Assembly (NCBI RefSeq): GCF_026210795.1
Contig: NC_089435.1
Coordinates: 2,728,001 to 2,792,000 of the forward strand
DNA from: Rhizophagus irregularis
Taxonomy: Eukaryota
Length of the DNA: 64,000 nucleotides
Direction of reading: 5' to 3'
Under the pieces are notes generated by a model. The model saw only the letters and a program-made list of their open reading frames with translations. It had not been told where the DNA came from and searched no databases. This document shows positions 12,722-26,476 of this stretch, piece after piece (position 1 is the first letter of the stretch; each line of letters starts with the position of its first letter). A program made the translations under genes and the position numbers.

Positions 12722-15700
12722 TTAATTTATAAAATAATATTATTGGTTTATGCTTTTTTAAAAATAGATTCAATACATGAACCAAATTAAAGTATAATAT
12801 AAAATATGCTTTAGCGTTTATTTTCATTCAATTATGAACAATAATAGCAATTTTGAAAATTTTTGGTAAATGTTACAAATATACAAATATTTCCTTTTTT
12901 TTATTTATTTCACATGGTCTCCTTTATCCTTACACTGTTGATATTGTACCCTAATTCTGTAAAATAATGATAATATTTTTTCTTTATTTAATCACAAACT
13001 ACACTTTTATCAACACACCATTTCCCAACCTTTAGATTATTACCACAATATTTGTCATTTCTGATAAATATTTATTAGTCAAACTCATATTTGATGAATT
13101 CAAAATAATATAATTTTGACACAACAACGCAATAAAGCCATAGAATACATGAGATTACAAATATATTACATCTACCTAGCCAATCTGGAAGTCTGGTTTG
13201 CCTTTGTGAGAGCATCTTGGCTATTCACCAGGATAATACTATGAGACTAAACAAGACAATAGAGAAAAAAAAACAACAATTTCATTCCATATACCTCACC
13301 AAATCCTCATAAAATATCATTAATGATTTTCAGGCATTAAAAAGAGGATATAAAAATTTTAAAGGATTATTGATGAGAATCCTCCCCATTTCTTAATAAT
13401 TATGACATCCAATTTATGAGAATCTTTCTATTGAATTTTTGGAAAATACTAGTAATAATAAATTTCAAATGAAAACAAAGTTGAATGAAAAGTATTAAAA
13501 AAATCTCTAACTGAAATTATATTATTAATATCTATAAAGTTATTTAAAGAAACAAAGAGGTAAAACATACAACAAGCAAAAATCAAAAATATTGAAACAT
13601 ATAATACAATAAAAAATATTAAGTATTGGCAGTCAAGCTTGTATACTATAAAGTTCATTATTATTTATATTTATATTCAAAAGTCTTGTTACTAGTATTA
13701 TTATCTCCATTTTCTCCCATTTCAAAATACTTTTTTTCTCACAAATAAATCAATTACTCTCAATCACCCAATTCTTCCAATTACTTGATTTTTTCCTGTT
13801 CATAATAATATTTTTTTTTATTCATAATTATATTTTTTTTTTATTCGTATAATCTTATTTATCTAAAGAAAAATAATGATAATAATAATTTTATTCTACT
13901 AAAGTGCACATATTTTTGTATTATATTTTTAAATCCATTTATTTTAATAATTTAAGATAATTTTCCAGAATTTATCCATCACATAAATCATACTCAATTA
14001 AGTGCCATAATCGACCAACTATCTTCTAAAAATTAATTCCAAATAATTCACCTAGGAAAAAAATATTGATATAAGAAATTAATATCACATTAATTAAGTA
14101 GAATGACTAAAGTTGCCTATATCTTATTATGTTGGTGTAACTCTCCTCTTCATTTACCTTTCCTCGTCATCGTAACTCATTCATCTACCTCTCTTCGCCA
14201 TCATCGGTACATTTATTTTCAAAATATTTTACACAGAGCTTTTGTATGAAGCTTGCTGACTAATATCATCATTTTTGGGGTTGACTTCAATTTATATGGT
14301 ATGAAATGGCAAAATGGTATTTATGTTGCTTTCAATAAGATGATGCTGGTACTATCAAGCAAAGACATATCTTGTGTGTTCATAGTGATTATTCCTTTAC
14401 TATTGTAGGAATAAATTGAATATGCAATTAATTCTCCATAGGCTAAATTGAAATATACAAAAAATATTGTAAAATCATTAAAGTATGAAAATGTTAAAGG
14501 TAAATTATAATAGGATAGTCTAGAATTATACATCAGCAATGATTTTCATATCAGAAAAAAAAAATTATCATTTAAACTGCATCTTTTAAATGAAATTATT
14601 AAATACTATCAAAAAAAAAAAATTATCAAATTATCAAGCACATTATTAAAAAAAATTACCAAATGGACTATATCAAAAAAGTATCAGATACACTTTATCA
14701 ATTTTTTTTTTTACATTATCAAATACATTTTAATCAATTATTTTAAACTAAAAATTTGATTTACTATGTAGTATGTGTAATATAAAATTAGTAGATTCAG
14801 GTCTTAATAAACTTGTGATAATAAAAAACTATCCAAGCGACTTTATATTCTAAACTATTATTATTTATCATTTATTAATTCTATCAATTCATTGTTTATT
14901 TCAGAAGGATTTGATTAATTGTAATTTTTAAATAGTTTATTTATTGTCATATACAATGTATTGGATAAAATAAATCATCATTCCTTTTCCAATTATTATA
15001 AATACTAAATTAATAGGCGTCATGTTTATTCTTGGCTAAGGGTTTAAGTTCATATCTTTTTTGACATTTTATTAAGCAGGATTTTTCAAGACGTGCTATC
15101 TTACAACTTTTATATAAATGCATTTTTAATTAAGATGGCGTAAAAACAAGTTCGATATTTTTGATAATCGATACAAACCCGTCCGTCAGAATTTGTGTAA
15201 CCTGGAAGAAAGTAGATTACTGCGTAGAGCATCATGTGTTATCGTGATCAATAATCGGCGCTAAAACCTTATTTTCTTTAGCCGATTTAATTATACAAAA
15301 TCGGCTAGCTAAATAAGTGACTATCCGTAAAACTATAAATTGACGATAGAAAACATTCATCAACGATTTTACTTCGAAATTTTAACAAACTGCGTACATT
15401 CTAAGGTAATAAATTAATAGATTTTTCGTTCAATTTTTGATAAATATTTAAATTTTTTTTTTTGATGTTAATTTGTTCAGTGGATATTATATTATAATTT
15501 GAAATATATATCAAGTAAATATTTAAGGTAAATTATTTGACGTTAATACAATTACTTAAATCATTTATTTATCAATAATTTATTAATTAATATTTCGTTA
15601 ACTATCATTTGTCATTATTATTATTATATAAATGAATTATTACAAAAGGATATATTGGTTTCTTATTTAATTGGTAAATATTTAAAATTATGACAAAATA

Positions 15701-15765
15701 TTATTTATTATACTGTCGAGTTTTTATTAACTCCTCTTTAATATCTATTTAGTTACAATATTAAA

Positions 15766-17730
15766 ATGTTGCGTTCATTAAATCGAATTCAGTTCAATAA
15801 ATTATTATTTACAAAAGTTTTTAATCATTCAAACTTATTTCGATGGCATTCAACGTCACCTATTTGTAATTATGGTTTATGTTTAGATGTCGATGGTGTT
15901 TTGGTCAGGGTCCGTAGTCTGTACTAATATTCTTTTTGATTTTTTTTTTTTACTTAATATTATGATTAATATAAATTTATTTTTGGTAATTAATTGAATT
16001 TTAAAGGGTAGTAAGGCAATTCCTGAAACGAGAACTGCGTTAAAGCTTTTAAATGGTGAGAATAAAGCTAAAAAGTGAGTTATGATGCTTTCTGGTTTTT
16101 TCTTTATTCAACTTTATTATAAATAATTCTAAACGAATCCTTTTGAAATTTTTTTTATTTTTGAAAATTTTCATCCATAGAAAAATTCCTTTTATCTTAT
16201 TAACAAATGGTGGAGGAATTACCGAAAAGGAAAAAGCTATTGAACTTTCTAAAATACTTGATTTTAATGTAAGTTACAATAACAATGCGTTTCTTTCTTT
16301 TTAAAGTACTTGATTTTAATGTAAGTTACAAAATAAAAAATTATTATGATTAATTTTTTTTAGTTATCAGAAGATCAAGTCATATTGTCACATTCACCTA
16401 TGAGATCTTTGGTTCCCACGTACCAAAATTCTCAAATTTTAGTATTAGGCGGTGCTGGTGATAATTGTAGAAAGGTTGCTGAGAGGTTTGTTATTTATAA
16501 AATTTTTTAATCGTCAAGTATATTCAAAATTAAATTGTTTTAACATTTGCTTTTAGTTATGGATTTAATCGAGTTGTGATACCAAACGATATTGTAGCGT
16601 GGGATCAAAGTATTTGGCCATTTACAAAATTAAGTCAAGAAGATTTAAAATTGATAAAGGTAAGCTAAATTTATTTTTAAATTATATACAATTTAATTAA
16701 ATTAAATTTATACGTAACATATATTATCAATAGAAAATCGATTTTTCAAAAGAACCAATAAAAGCAATTATGATGTTTCATGATAGCCGTGATTGTATGC
16801 TTTTTTTTTATTCAATCTATTCTGAATTAAAAGTTCATGATTAAATGAATTATTAATTAATTATTCTTTTATTTAGGGGGACGAGATTTACAAATAACAT
16901 TGGACGTATTAAGAAGTAAAGATGGATATGTTGGAAAATTAGAAAATAATGATGTGGCAAATTTAACTAATATTCCACTATATTTCTCAAATCCTGATAT
17001 TGTAAGAATTTGTTCCAAAATTTTTTTTTATAAAGAAAAAAAAAATTATAGTAATTATAATTAATTATAAACTTGAATTCACTTGTTTTTATATTTATAG
17101 ATTTGGTCAAATGACTTTCCAATTTCTAGATATGCTCAAGGATCATTTAGGATATGTTTAGATTTTTTAGCCGAGGTAATAAAATTTAATTTTTAAATTA
17201 TTATTTTTTTTTATTAATTCTTTTTAATTTACGCTTAATATTTTGATTAGGTTATAACGGGTCACAAGCTTAAATATAAATTGTTTGGAAAACCAGAGCC
17301 TGTAACTTATTTGTATGCAGCTGAAAAATTAAGAAAATTTGCCATGAAATTTACTGATGAGAATGTTCCTAACAGGAGAATTTACGGTAAATTTTACATT
17401 TGATGAATTTGATGATTTAATTACGTTTTATTAAATAAAATATTTACTGTATCTAATATAATTATTTTTTTTTATAGCTGTTGGAGATAATCCTGCTTCA
17501 GGTACATTTTTTTTTTATTTTTTCAGATTATCATCAACTCATAATAATAATATTTTTTTTTAATAATTATAGATATTGCAGGAGCAAATAGAGCAGGATG
17601 GACATCAATATTAGTTAGAACAGGAGTATTTTCAGGAAAAGTGAATGATCCAATAAATCCTGCTAACCACGTTGTTGATAATATATTACATGCAGTTGAG
17701 TGGATATTTTCCAAAGAAGAAGGGATTTAA
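15766..17730 (+). CDS. HAD-superfamily subfamily IIA hydrolase (CECR5/HDHD5-like, yeast YKR070W-like), 11 coding exons, probable mitochondrial presequence
   Basis: Manual GT-AG splicing gives MLRSLNRIQF...CLDVDGVLVRG (motif I), IPFILLTNGGG (motif II), HDSRDWGRDLQ, FSNPDIIWSNDF, FGKP (motif III), VGDNPASDIAGAN (motif IV), SILVRTGVF; stop TAA 17728-17730; basic, acid-free N-terminus. Confidence 0.9.
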
Positions 17731-19202
17731 AAAAATTGGATATCGGTGATCAGTTGTATTAGAAAATTATTATTTTTTTAAAAAAAAATGATTTTAATGA
17801 TAATGATAATTTATTAAGTTAATAAATTTTTTTGATAGATTTTTTTTTATTTAATTAACTTAAATAAAGTATTAGTAGATATCTAGGCACTATAGACAAG
17901 TGCATTTTCAACATTTACAATTTAAAGAAATCATTATATATACGTATAATAATAAAAAGTCATTAAATTTGTTAATGAGACTAATGATACGCAAACATTC
18001 TTTCTCTTATCTTACATTGAAATCTTTGATAAATCGTTTATAACAAGTCCGACATTATTATTCAGAAATATTTTTTTTTTACCTTTAAACTCAAATAATT
18101 AGCAGATTGCTTGAATCTGTACAAAATACTGCAGAATTTTTTTCAAGTTATCTTTACTGTGTAATTTGCGTATATATTGTAATATTTATCTTTTCAAATT
18201 ACCAAAGAATGAGCGAAGAATATTCATCTTTTTAATTCTTTGCCGGAATGGGTTTTTTTCATGTAATGATATAAAGAAATATGTATGTACTGCTATATAA
18301 TAAATTGTTATATATTGTTATAACTATAAATTAATAAATTCATATACAGATGAAAGTAGATGAAGTTGATCTGATCGGAGGCTGATAATTCTCAAGTCAA
18401 AAATTAAATGGGTTGCTTAACGTTACTTATTATAATAGACTATATAACAGATTATTCCCATTTCCCAACGTGTTTAATTAATGTAATATATTTTTCTTAA
18501 AACATATGTCACATAGTAATAAATACGAATAAAGTTGATCTTTAAATTTGATGGATCATCGATCATTGATCGATCATTGATCGATCAGACTTGTCTTTCG
18601 AATTGAATAGTCGATTAAGATAGTAGGTAAAATAATTTAAAATAATTGCAACCGTTTTTGCCACAAGTAATGCGAATGAAATCATAAAATTATAGATTAT
18701 TCTTCATTACTTTTTTCTATGATTGTTTATGATTTTAAGTGTTTGAGCGATCTTATCGAACTAATTGAAATTATCACTTTCTCCTGAAATTGACGTTGGT
18801 TTTATCCATATACTCTTCCGCTTTTGGAAGGCTACGATCACGAAATTATTGAATTTTCTAATATAATAAATGAATAAATATATACAGTACTCACGCTCGT
18901 TTTATCATCATTGAAGGGGATCATGTCAAGATCTTGGCACGAGCCCAGATTTTTTTTGAGCCCAGATTTTTTTTTTCATAATTTAATAAATTACTAATAT
19001 GTAATTTTTTTTGATTCATTAGACAGTTAAATTTCGCGTGGTAAATTACAATATAAAAATATTAATTTTTATTATTACGTATTAAATTTGAAATTTTCAC
19101 TTATGTAAAAGTAAATGTCACCATATATATATATATATATATATCATAAATTAAAATTTCATATATACGGAATGGAGGAAATATATATATATACAAAAAA
19201 AA

Positions 19203-20450
19203 TTAACATTTAATTAAATAAATTAATTTTCGATTATTTGAATCAGTAATCATACAATTTTCTAAATTGAAAAAAAAAAAGAAATATTAATAAAAATTTT
19301 GAAATTTGAAAAAGAAAATTACGATTGTTATAATATTGATACAATAGTTTTTTTTTTTACCTAAACTTTCGCTTAATGATGATGTTTCATTTTTTTTAAA
19401 ATTCTCTTTCTTCATCTATTATAAATTTAATGCTTAATTCTTCTTGATTTAAAATTTCATTTAATTTCGCAGAATAATCAATTTTTCTACTTGTATCACA
19501 AGATAATGGATGATTTTTAGTAATAGGTTCATTGCTTAAAAGATTAAATAAATTAATTAAATAAAAATAAACTTTATACAATTAAAGACATTGACATTGA
19601 CTTACTAGGAACAGGTATTCTATCATGCGAAGTAGTTGTCGGTACCAAAAAGAAAAAATTTGATATAATTCATCAGCTGTTGGTCTTTTATCAGGATCAG
19701 AATCCCGACATCTCGTCATTAATCTTGAATAAACTGGTAATGTACCTTTAACAATTTCTGGTATCAAACCTTTACAAATATCTAAAGAAAGATTAAAATC
19801 ATGAGATCTATCGTTGAAAGCAGGAATACCAGAAGTAAATTCCCACATAATAATTCCAAAAGAATAAATATCAGCTGCTTTAGTATATGGTTTCCCACGT
19901 AATACCTCTGGTGCCATATAAGGGATTACTCCATAAATTTCATTTGAATTAACAATTTTCTTCACCGGTCTACTTAAACCAAAATCACTTATATAAGAAT
20001 CAGCATAATCTAAAAGTATATGAATATCACCATGAACTCAATTACGCTTGTGTAAAGTTAAAAGCACTCTTGCGATACTCGTTAAATTTAAATATTTTTC
20101 AAAAGGATTATATTTTTTTAGATCTTAGATTTCCACCATCCATTAATTCCATTACCATCATATAATTGGATGTTTTTGGATCTTGGGTTATTCCAAATAT
20201 GCTTACAACTGATTAAGGATAGTCTGAGCTCATACATTGAAAAAAATAAAATATGAATAGTAATATTTAATGATTTCTGTACGTATTTTTTTTAAAAATA
20301 ACTTACCTCATTTAAGAAGTCATCAATATATTTATTTCCACTAGTCCATTTATCAAAATTATGACGAAATCTTTTGCTATTGCAAATTTTTGCACCAGTT
20401 ATAATCGGTTTTTATCCGTTTACAATCAGTACAATAGTTCATATTAAAGA
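19203..20450 (-). pseudogene. TKL-family kinase pseudogene, inverted paralog
   Basis: Minus strand encodes KWTSGNKYID fused directly to DFLNE|gt (large exon-1 deletion), HGDIH lacking SGN, DFG, MAPEVLRGKPYTKAADIYSFG, NEPITKNHPLSC; frameshifts present; ends approximate. Confidence 0.88.
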
Positions 20451-20725
20451 AATACTTAAAATTACGGAGAATAAATTATTTTTCTAACGAATGAATTTTT
20501 AATCAACATATATATTAAGTAATTTTTGTGCTACGTTAACATGAGATTTACAATACGGAAGCGCTCCGTAAATAAGCGACCGCAAATTTTTTACATAAAA
20601 AAAATTTATTTAAAAAAAAAAAAATTACGGGTAATTACTCATCTAATAAAATGTCTCTCCCGTCAAATTATTTAAGTTAATCCATCAACAATTAAACAAT
20701 GTTTAAAAATTTCAGTTTCTATGTA

Positions 20726-21394
20726 TCATTCCAAAAAATGATTAGATTTATTAAAATGTCCGTTCCATGAATAAATTAAATAATACATGAACCGAAAACT
20801 CATTATAACCATTATTAAACATAACTGTATACCAATTAAAAACAATAAATTCCAATAATCTAAACTAATGATTTTTTGATTATATTGATTGTAATAACGA
20901 GGTTGTAATTGTTCATTTTTTTCTTCTATTTCCATTATTTGATTTTTATAAAATACTAAACATTTCGGTATTATTTTGTCTAATAATTCGCTAGAAAATA
21001 TTACAATCTTCCAATTAAAATTATCGTTCTCCCTACCCCAATTCATATCACCCTTTAAATTCTCATGTTTTACATTCTCAACTTCTATTTTTTTCATGTC
21101 ATCAAAAATTACAAATCTAACGATTGGAACACACATCAACGCCACCCAAGTCCAATTGCTTTTTAGTACATGAATAACTTTACACATTTCTGCGTGCGTC
21201 TTAAATGAGGTTAAATCCACTTCAGCCACTATAATATTATTCGAAACTCCTTTATTAGTAAGTTCACAACATTTCAAAAGAGGTGGTTGCGTAAGTCGAT
21301 GATATTTATTTATGTATGATATGAATCGTGTTAGAAATTTTCTGTGTAATTTCATTAAAAAGATTATAAAAACAAGCGACAAATATATTGTCAT
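20726..21394 (-). CDS. Hypothetical protein (222 aa) with hydrophobic N-terminus and a C-terminal transmembrane-like segment
   Basis: 669-bp ORF with ATG start in AT-rich DNA; a splice acceptor (ttattag) just upstream suggests a 5'-UTR intron; no known domain recognised. Confidence 0.55.
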   Translation of the reverse strand: MTIYLSLVFIIFLMKLHRKFLTRFISYINKYHRLTQPPLLKCCELTNKGVSNNIIVAEVDLTSFKTHAEMCKVIHVLKSNWTWVALMCVPIVRFVIFDDMKKIEVENVKHENLKGDMNWGRENDNFNWKIVIFSSELLDKIIPKCLVFYKNQIMEIEEKNEQLQPRYYNQYNQKIISLDYWNLLFLIGIQLCLIMVIMSFRFMYYLIYSWNGHFNKSNHFLE

Positions 21395-23189
21395 CCAAAA
21401 TATAAACCTAATAAAAAGAAAAAAAAATACAACTTATTTTAAAAATGAAATATTATGTAAAACGAACCAGAATGAAAATACTTGCCTTAGTAGGTAAATA
21501 GGGAATTTTACAGAAAGTAAAGCCCCAATGAATTCTTTAATAAATTCTTTAATAAAAAAATCGATAAAATTATAAACTGCATTATGTATAATCCGGTACA
21601 TTTTTATTATTATTACTTTTTTTTTAATTAATTATTTTTTAAGAACATAACTATTTTTATATATATAATTTTTTTTAAAAAAAAAATCTAAATAACGATA
21701 ATATTTTTAAATTTCAATTTTTTTTTTTTTTAAAAAAAAAAATATATAGCTATCCAAGTTAGTCTATTTATTGTATTCAAAGAATTATTACCTGCTAAAT
21801 TAATTGGTTATTTAATTTTAGTATTGTTATAATGATAAATTAATGACATCATTTCAAATGGATTCCCATTCGAAATGCCCTGGGCGTGATCGTAATTGAC
21901 AATGATTGACATTTGATGTATGTTGCATTTGCACAGATCCGATTTAGGAAAAAAACTATAATATTATCTTTGCGTCACTATAAATAATTGTGAATTAATA
22001 CCGCAGTAAAGTTTGTCCGTCATTGATTGACGATGTGAGAACGTAAACATTATTTCCCTTGTATAAGTTAGGTTAATATTTATGGAACACATGATCAGAT
22101 ATGTTGACATAACGATAAATATTACTTACAATGCATAAAAAAAAATCATTTATACTTTTCATAAGCAAGCGTTATAATGTATAAGAAATGATGTACAGTA
22201 CATTCTCTTTCAAATGAAAGGATTTTTTACGCGGAATACTACAATATAAATAATAGTACAAATACATAAACAATTAAAAATTTATCATTGAATCATTGAA
22301 AAGTAATATAACTTTTTTAGTTATTTATATCCTGTATTATTAATAATATACTATATATATCATAAGTAAACATGTGGCTCGCTGCACAAACCGTTACTCA
22401 TTTCTATATTTATTTTATTCATCCTCATGTCAAATTTTTAATATTCCAAAATTACTATTAAATGTAAAATATAATTTTTCAAATTTACTCAAGTTATCAA
22501 TAGATTATTTACAAGTATTGACTGTGCGATTTTATGATTACCAATTGTGATTACCAATTGTGATTATCAATTTTTGTCTTTTTTCCCTGAAAATAACCCT
22601 ACAATCTAAATCTGGTAATTTTTATAAGGTAATTTGCATGGGTAACATAATTCTATAACTTTGTAAATGGAAGAATACTCTAAATTGTCCGTTTTATCTT
22701 GGAATTGTAATTACTTGTCGTACCGAAAAAAAAATAAATATTAATTTTTATTAAGAAAATTAATTTTTAATAATTAATATGTGAGAAATTTTACATTTTA
22801 CCAGTAATCGCAATATTTTTATTATGATTTCACTAATTTAGTCTTTAATCATTTTTACAGTCAGGGATAAATAAAGTTATTACCCAATGATTTGTTAAAA
22901 TTACCTTAATATTATTGCAAATCATGTGATAATTCAAACTCGATAAGTTTATCACAATGTATTATAGTTAATGCCAAAGTTTTTTTAATACAAGTATTTA
23001 TGATGAAGATCGTCAAAACATATTCTCTATGGAACATTTCGGACCTCGGAGCACTTGTGTAATTCTATCTTTACTATGAATTCTGTAAAATCGTTCCGTT
23101 AACGTAATCCGTTAACGTAATACAAGATAGCCTAATAGCCTATCATTCCTAAATCCTCCATTGGAGATAATAATTTTAGTAATTTTTCA

Positions 23190-23900
23190 AGCATGAATTA
23201 CAAAATTATTACAAATTATCTTGATTGTGATCGACCGGAATATGATTTGTCTTGGTGACAAAATTGCAATAATAGCAAAACATTTCAACATGATTTTGAT
23301 AAATGGACTAGTGAAAATAAGTACATTGGCAGGTTCATTCAAGAAACTCAACTAAGCAAGAGATGGTAATGAAGTTATTGTATAGGTTCATCTTGATAGA
23401 CTAAGAAATATTAAATATTTTACTACAGTACTATTATAGAGCTTTTGGTTAGATGGATATATAACTAGCTGGAATGATAACGCACGCACAAACATGGAAT
23501 AGGTATACAAAATTCCTTAGTAATGACTATGAAATTGCAAAAGAAAAAATGTTAAAATTTTGGTTAAGCAGATCAGTAAATAAAACCATTAATTCAAAAG
23601 AAATTTATGGAATAATTCCTTATATGGCTCCAGAAGTATTTCAGAAGTATTGCGTGAAAACCATAATTATACAAAAGCTGCCGATATTTATTCTTTTGTA
23701 ATTATTATGTGGGAATTTACATCTGGTATTTCTGCTCCTGCTTTTAACGATAGATCCCATGATTTTATTCTTTCTTTAGATATTTGTAAAGGATCGAGAC
23801 CAAAAATTATTGAAAGCACTTTACCAGTATATGAGATGTTGCCTAATAAAAGACCAACAGTCGATGTATTATTTCTTGTTGGTATGATTATTATCCAAAA
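23190..23900 (+). pseudogene. TKL-family kinase pseudogene, exons 1-2, heavily degraded
   Basis: Remnants FQHDFDKWTSENKYI..FIQETQL, SNDYEIAKEK joined directly to (D)FGLSRSVNK by deletion, YGIIPYMAPE, AADIYSF, DICKG.RPKI; many frameshifts. Confidence 0.85.
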
Positions 23901-24220
23901 TATGGCCCTCTTGATTGAATTTTCTTATATAACGAATTTTATATAACGAAGATATCTTGTGTGAAAACGTCTTTACATAAAACACGAAAAAATAGAAAAA
24001 TTACATTATTTTTTAAATTTGCAAAATACTTAGAGCGTAATTTCACCATTTTAGTCAAAGGTAACTGCTTTTTATTGCTTAAGTGAAGTTATCTTGTCCA
24101 TAATATAAGCATTATACAATTTACCAATTTACTGCAATATACCAAAATTTCCAAGTTATACCAGATTTTAATATCATGTTAACGAATTTTCTTCTAACGA
24201 AGGAAACGGAAATTGACATC

Positions 24221-24363
24221 GAAAATGTCCATAAAATGTCCATGTGTCCGGAAAATGTCTGGAAAATTGCGATATTCCGGGACACCTGGACATTTTCTGG
24301 ACATTTTCCAGAAATTTACAATATCTCGGCGTCCGGAATATTGCAATTTTCCAGACATTTTCC
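24221..24363. repeat. Foldback/MITE remnant with ~35-bp inverted arms
   Basis: ggaaaatgtctggaaaattgcgatattccgg (from ~24250) is the reverse complement of ccggaatattgcaattttccagacattttcc (to ~24363); further AAAATGTCC units; no TSD found. Confidence 0.65.
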
Positions 24364-24419
24364 ACAATTTTCGCAATACTTCACATGATTGTATACCCAC
24401 AACTTTCTGTATCAACCAA

Positions 24420-25725
24420 ATGAGATATACCAGGGCTCTCTATGCGCAAGGATAGCCTTCGGTGCTGTTCCTGAAAAGAAAGGCTGAACAAAGATAGTTG
24501 AGCGTGGGCCAATCACGTACTTCGAATTATAGTAGGTCGTATTATGGAAGAGTTGTTTGATATATCCAATTTATCCCAGGAATCAATTTCCTGAAATTTA
24601 TCAATATGAATAAATAGAAAGAGCTGTTGTTCATTCAGAGATCTTCAGGAATTCACGGATATATATTAGGACAATATCAACATTAAAAGATCAATGTCAC
24701 ACCCAGAAGTTTCAATTTTAAGACAGAATTTTCTAAACTTTATGACATATTCTTTTTCAATAAAAAACGCGTATGCAATGCGCAAGCCAATAATCACCAT
24801 TGTATTTATGTGGCTATTTCCGAAATCCATATATAGATATTTAAAATGTATATTATTCCATACTCGAAAAGTTTTCAAACTTTTATCATCGGATTTATCA
24901 AAAAGATCTCGGCCAAACTGATTCAATTCTGGTATAACGTAATCAAAAAGAGATTTGCCTATTCCCGATTTCAGATACAGGTGAGCAATTAATACAGATC
25001 ATTTAGAAAAAGTGCAAGAAGGAAATGAGGGCTCCTCCACTGATGAGACACGAGTAATTTGATTTGTCTAGCCGGCCCACAATATTACCATATACTGATT
25101 CATGAATCCTTTCCACTGCACTTTTGAAGTCACGCATGTCTAATTTATCAGACAATTTAGGATCACGCTTTCCCAGACCTTTTGTAATATTCTTAATAAC
25201 TTCTTCGACTGAAAGAGAGATAATATATTTATATTAAAATCGGTATTTGAATAAGCCCAAGCAATAACAATTTTGTGCGCGCTTACGGTTCAAATCGCGA
25301 TCTTTTGAAAAAATTGACAGAGAAATGTGATGTAAACAATACAATCGATTTTGTTCGAGAAGTAAACCGTTGGGAGACACTTACCAGCAGCGGTAGGTAC
25401 AAGTACGATGATGTGAATGCTAGTCGTTATAGGAATAACTGAAAAATAATTCTCAAGCATGCGGTCAAGGCTCAACTTCACGTCACCAAGCTTATCTTCA
25501 ATATCTACAATGTTATTAACACTAAGTTGGTATTCTTCACTTTCAGCGATGTCAAGTTGTCAACCTTCCAAAGGCTAATAATGTCAGGATGATTCCTAAC
25601 ATTTCTTTTTTCTCATTCCATATAAGGAATTTAAGCTCTGAAATCCTTATTTGATTAGTATCATTGACTCTAACCGCAAAAGTATCACCAAAAGAAGTCT
25701 TTCCTAGGTTTAACGAAATGTCCAT
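24420..25725 (-). pseudogene. Crinkler (CRN)-family effector-like pseudogene: CRN N-terminal header plus degraded P-loop-NTPase-like region
   Basis: ATG at 25725; MDISLN..LGKTSFGDTFAVRV..ISELKFLIW..PDIISLWKVD..ENYFSVIPITTSIHIIVLVP contains the LWKV and HIIV CRN motifs; gtaagt intron at ~25383-25209; exon 2 VEEVIKN..SCLISGGA breaks where a Walker A motif would follow; frameshifts; 3' end approximate. Confidence 0.8.
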
Positions 25726-26476
25726 TTCGGGGATAATTCTATAAAAAAAATACTTTATAATTTTGTAAAAAAGTATTTTTTTTTTTAAAGAGAGAAGTCT
25801 TGAGATATATAAAAACCTTTTTGAACTCATCGACTCATCGTGGCTAATACTCTCTTATTGTGACGATATAGAACATAGTAGAATCTACACATTTATTGAT
25901 CTATTGATCTACAGCGCGCAAAAGCTCTCGGTCTAGAAGTGCAGTTGATTTAACAAGATTAATTGATTTGATATTTAATGATATAATTAAATATATAGCA
26001 TTTATTTTATATAATTAAAATTAATAAATTTTTATTAATTTCAAAATATTTTAACAAATTTTATTGCAAATTATTATTTTAAGAAAATATTTTTTCTTAT
26101 CTGGGTGATTTCTTACTCCCTCTAAATTTTATATATAAAAATAATATTCACACCAATCATTTTGCCAATTATTTCAAAAAAAAAAGCATGATAATGTAAT
26201 TTTTGATGAAAAATTTTTATTTTTTTAAAATAAAACTTCTTTATATAGCCTTTAAAAATTATAATTTATAAGTAATTTTATCTACTTTAAAAATTTACTT
26301 AATATCTTAAGAAAAGTTATAACTGAATACTATTTTTGAATTTTTAATAATTTATGATTTGAGAAATATCAGGATGAGGAATTAATTTCTTCTGTTTTTA
26401 ATATTAATTGATATCCATATCAAACATTCTATTTAATTACAAAAATTTATCTGATTTTATTTATTTGAACTTTTAG

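Noticed and set aside
13150..14540. Possible transposase relics
   Set aside because: No DDE, zinc-finger or other diagnostic motif could be read
24174..24455. Four overlapping ORFs on both strands
   Set aside because: Produced by the stop-poor inverted repeat; no coding signature
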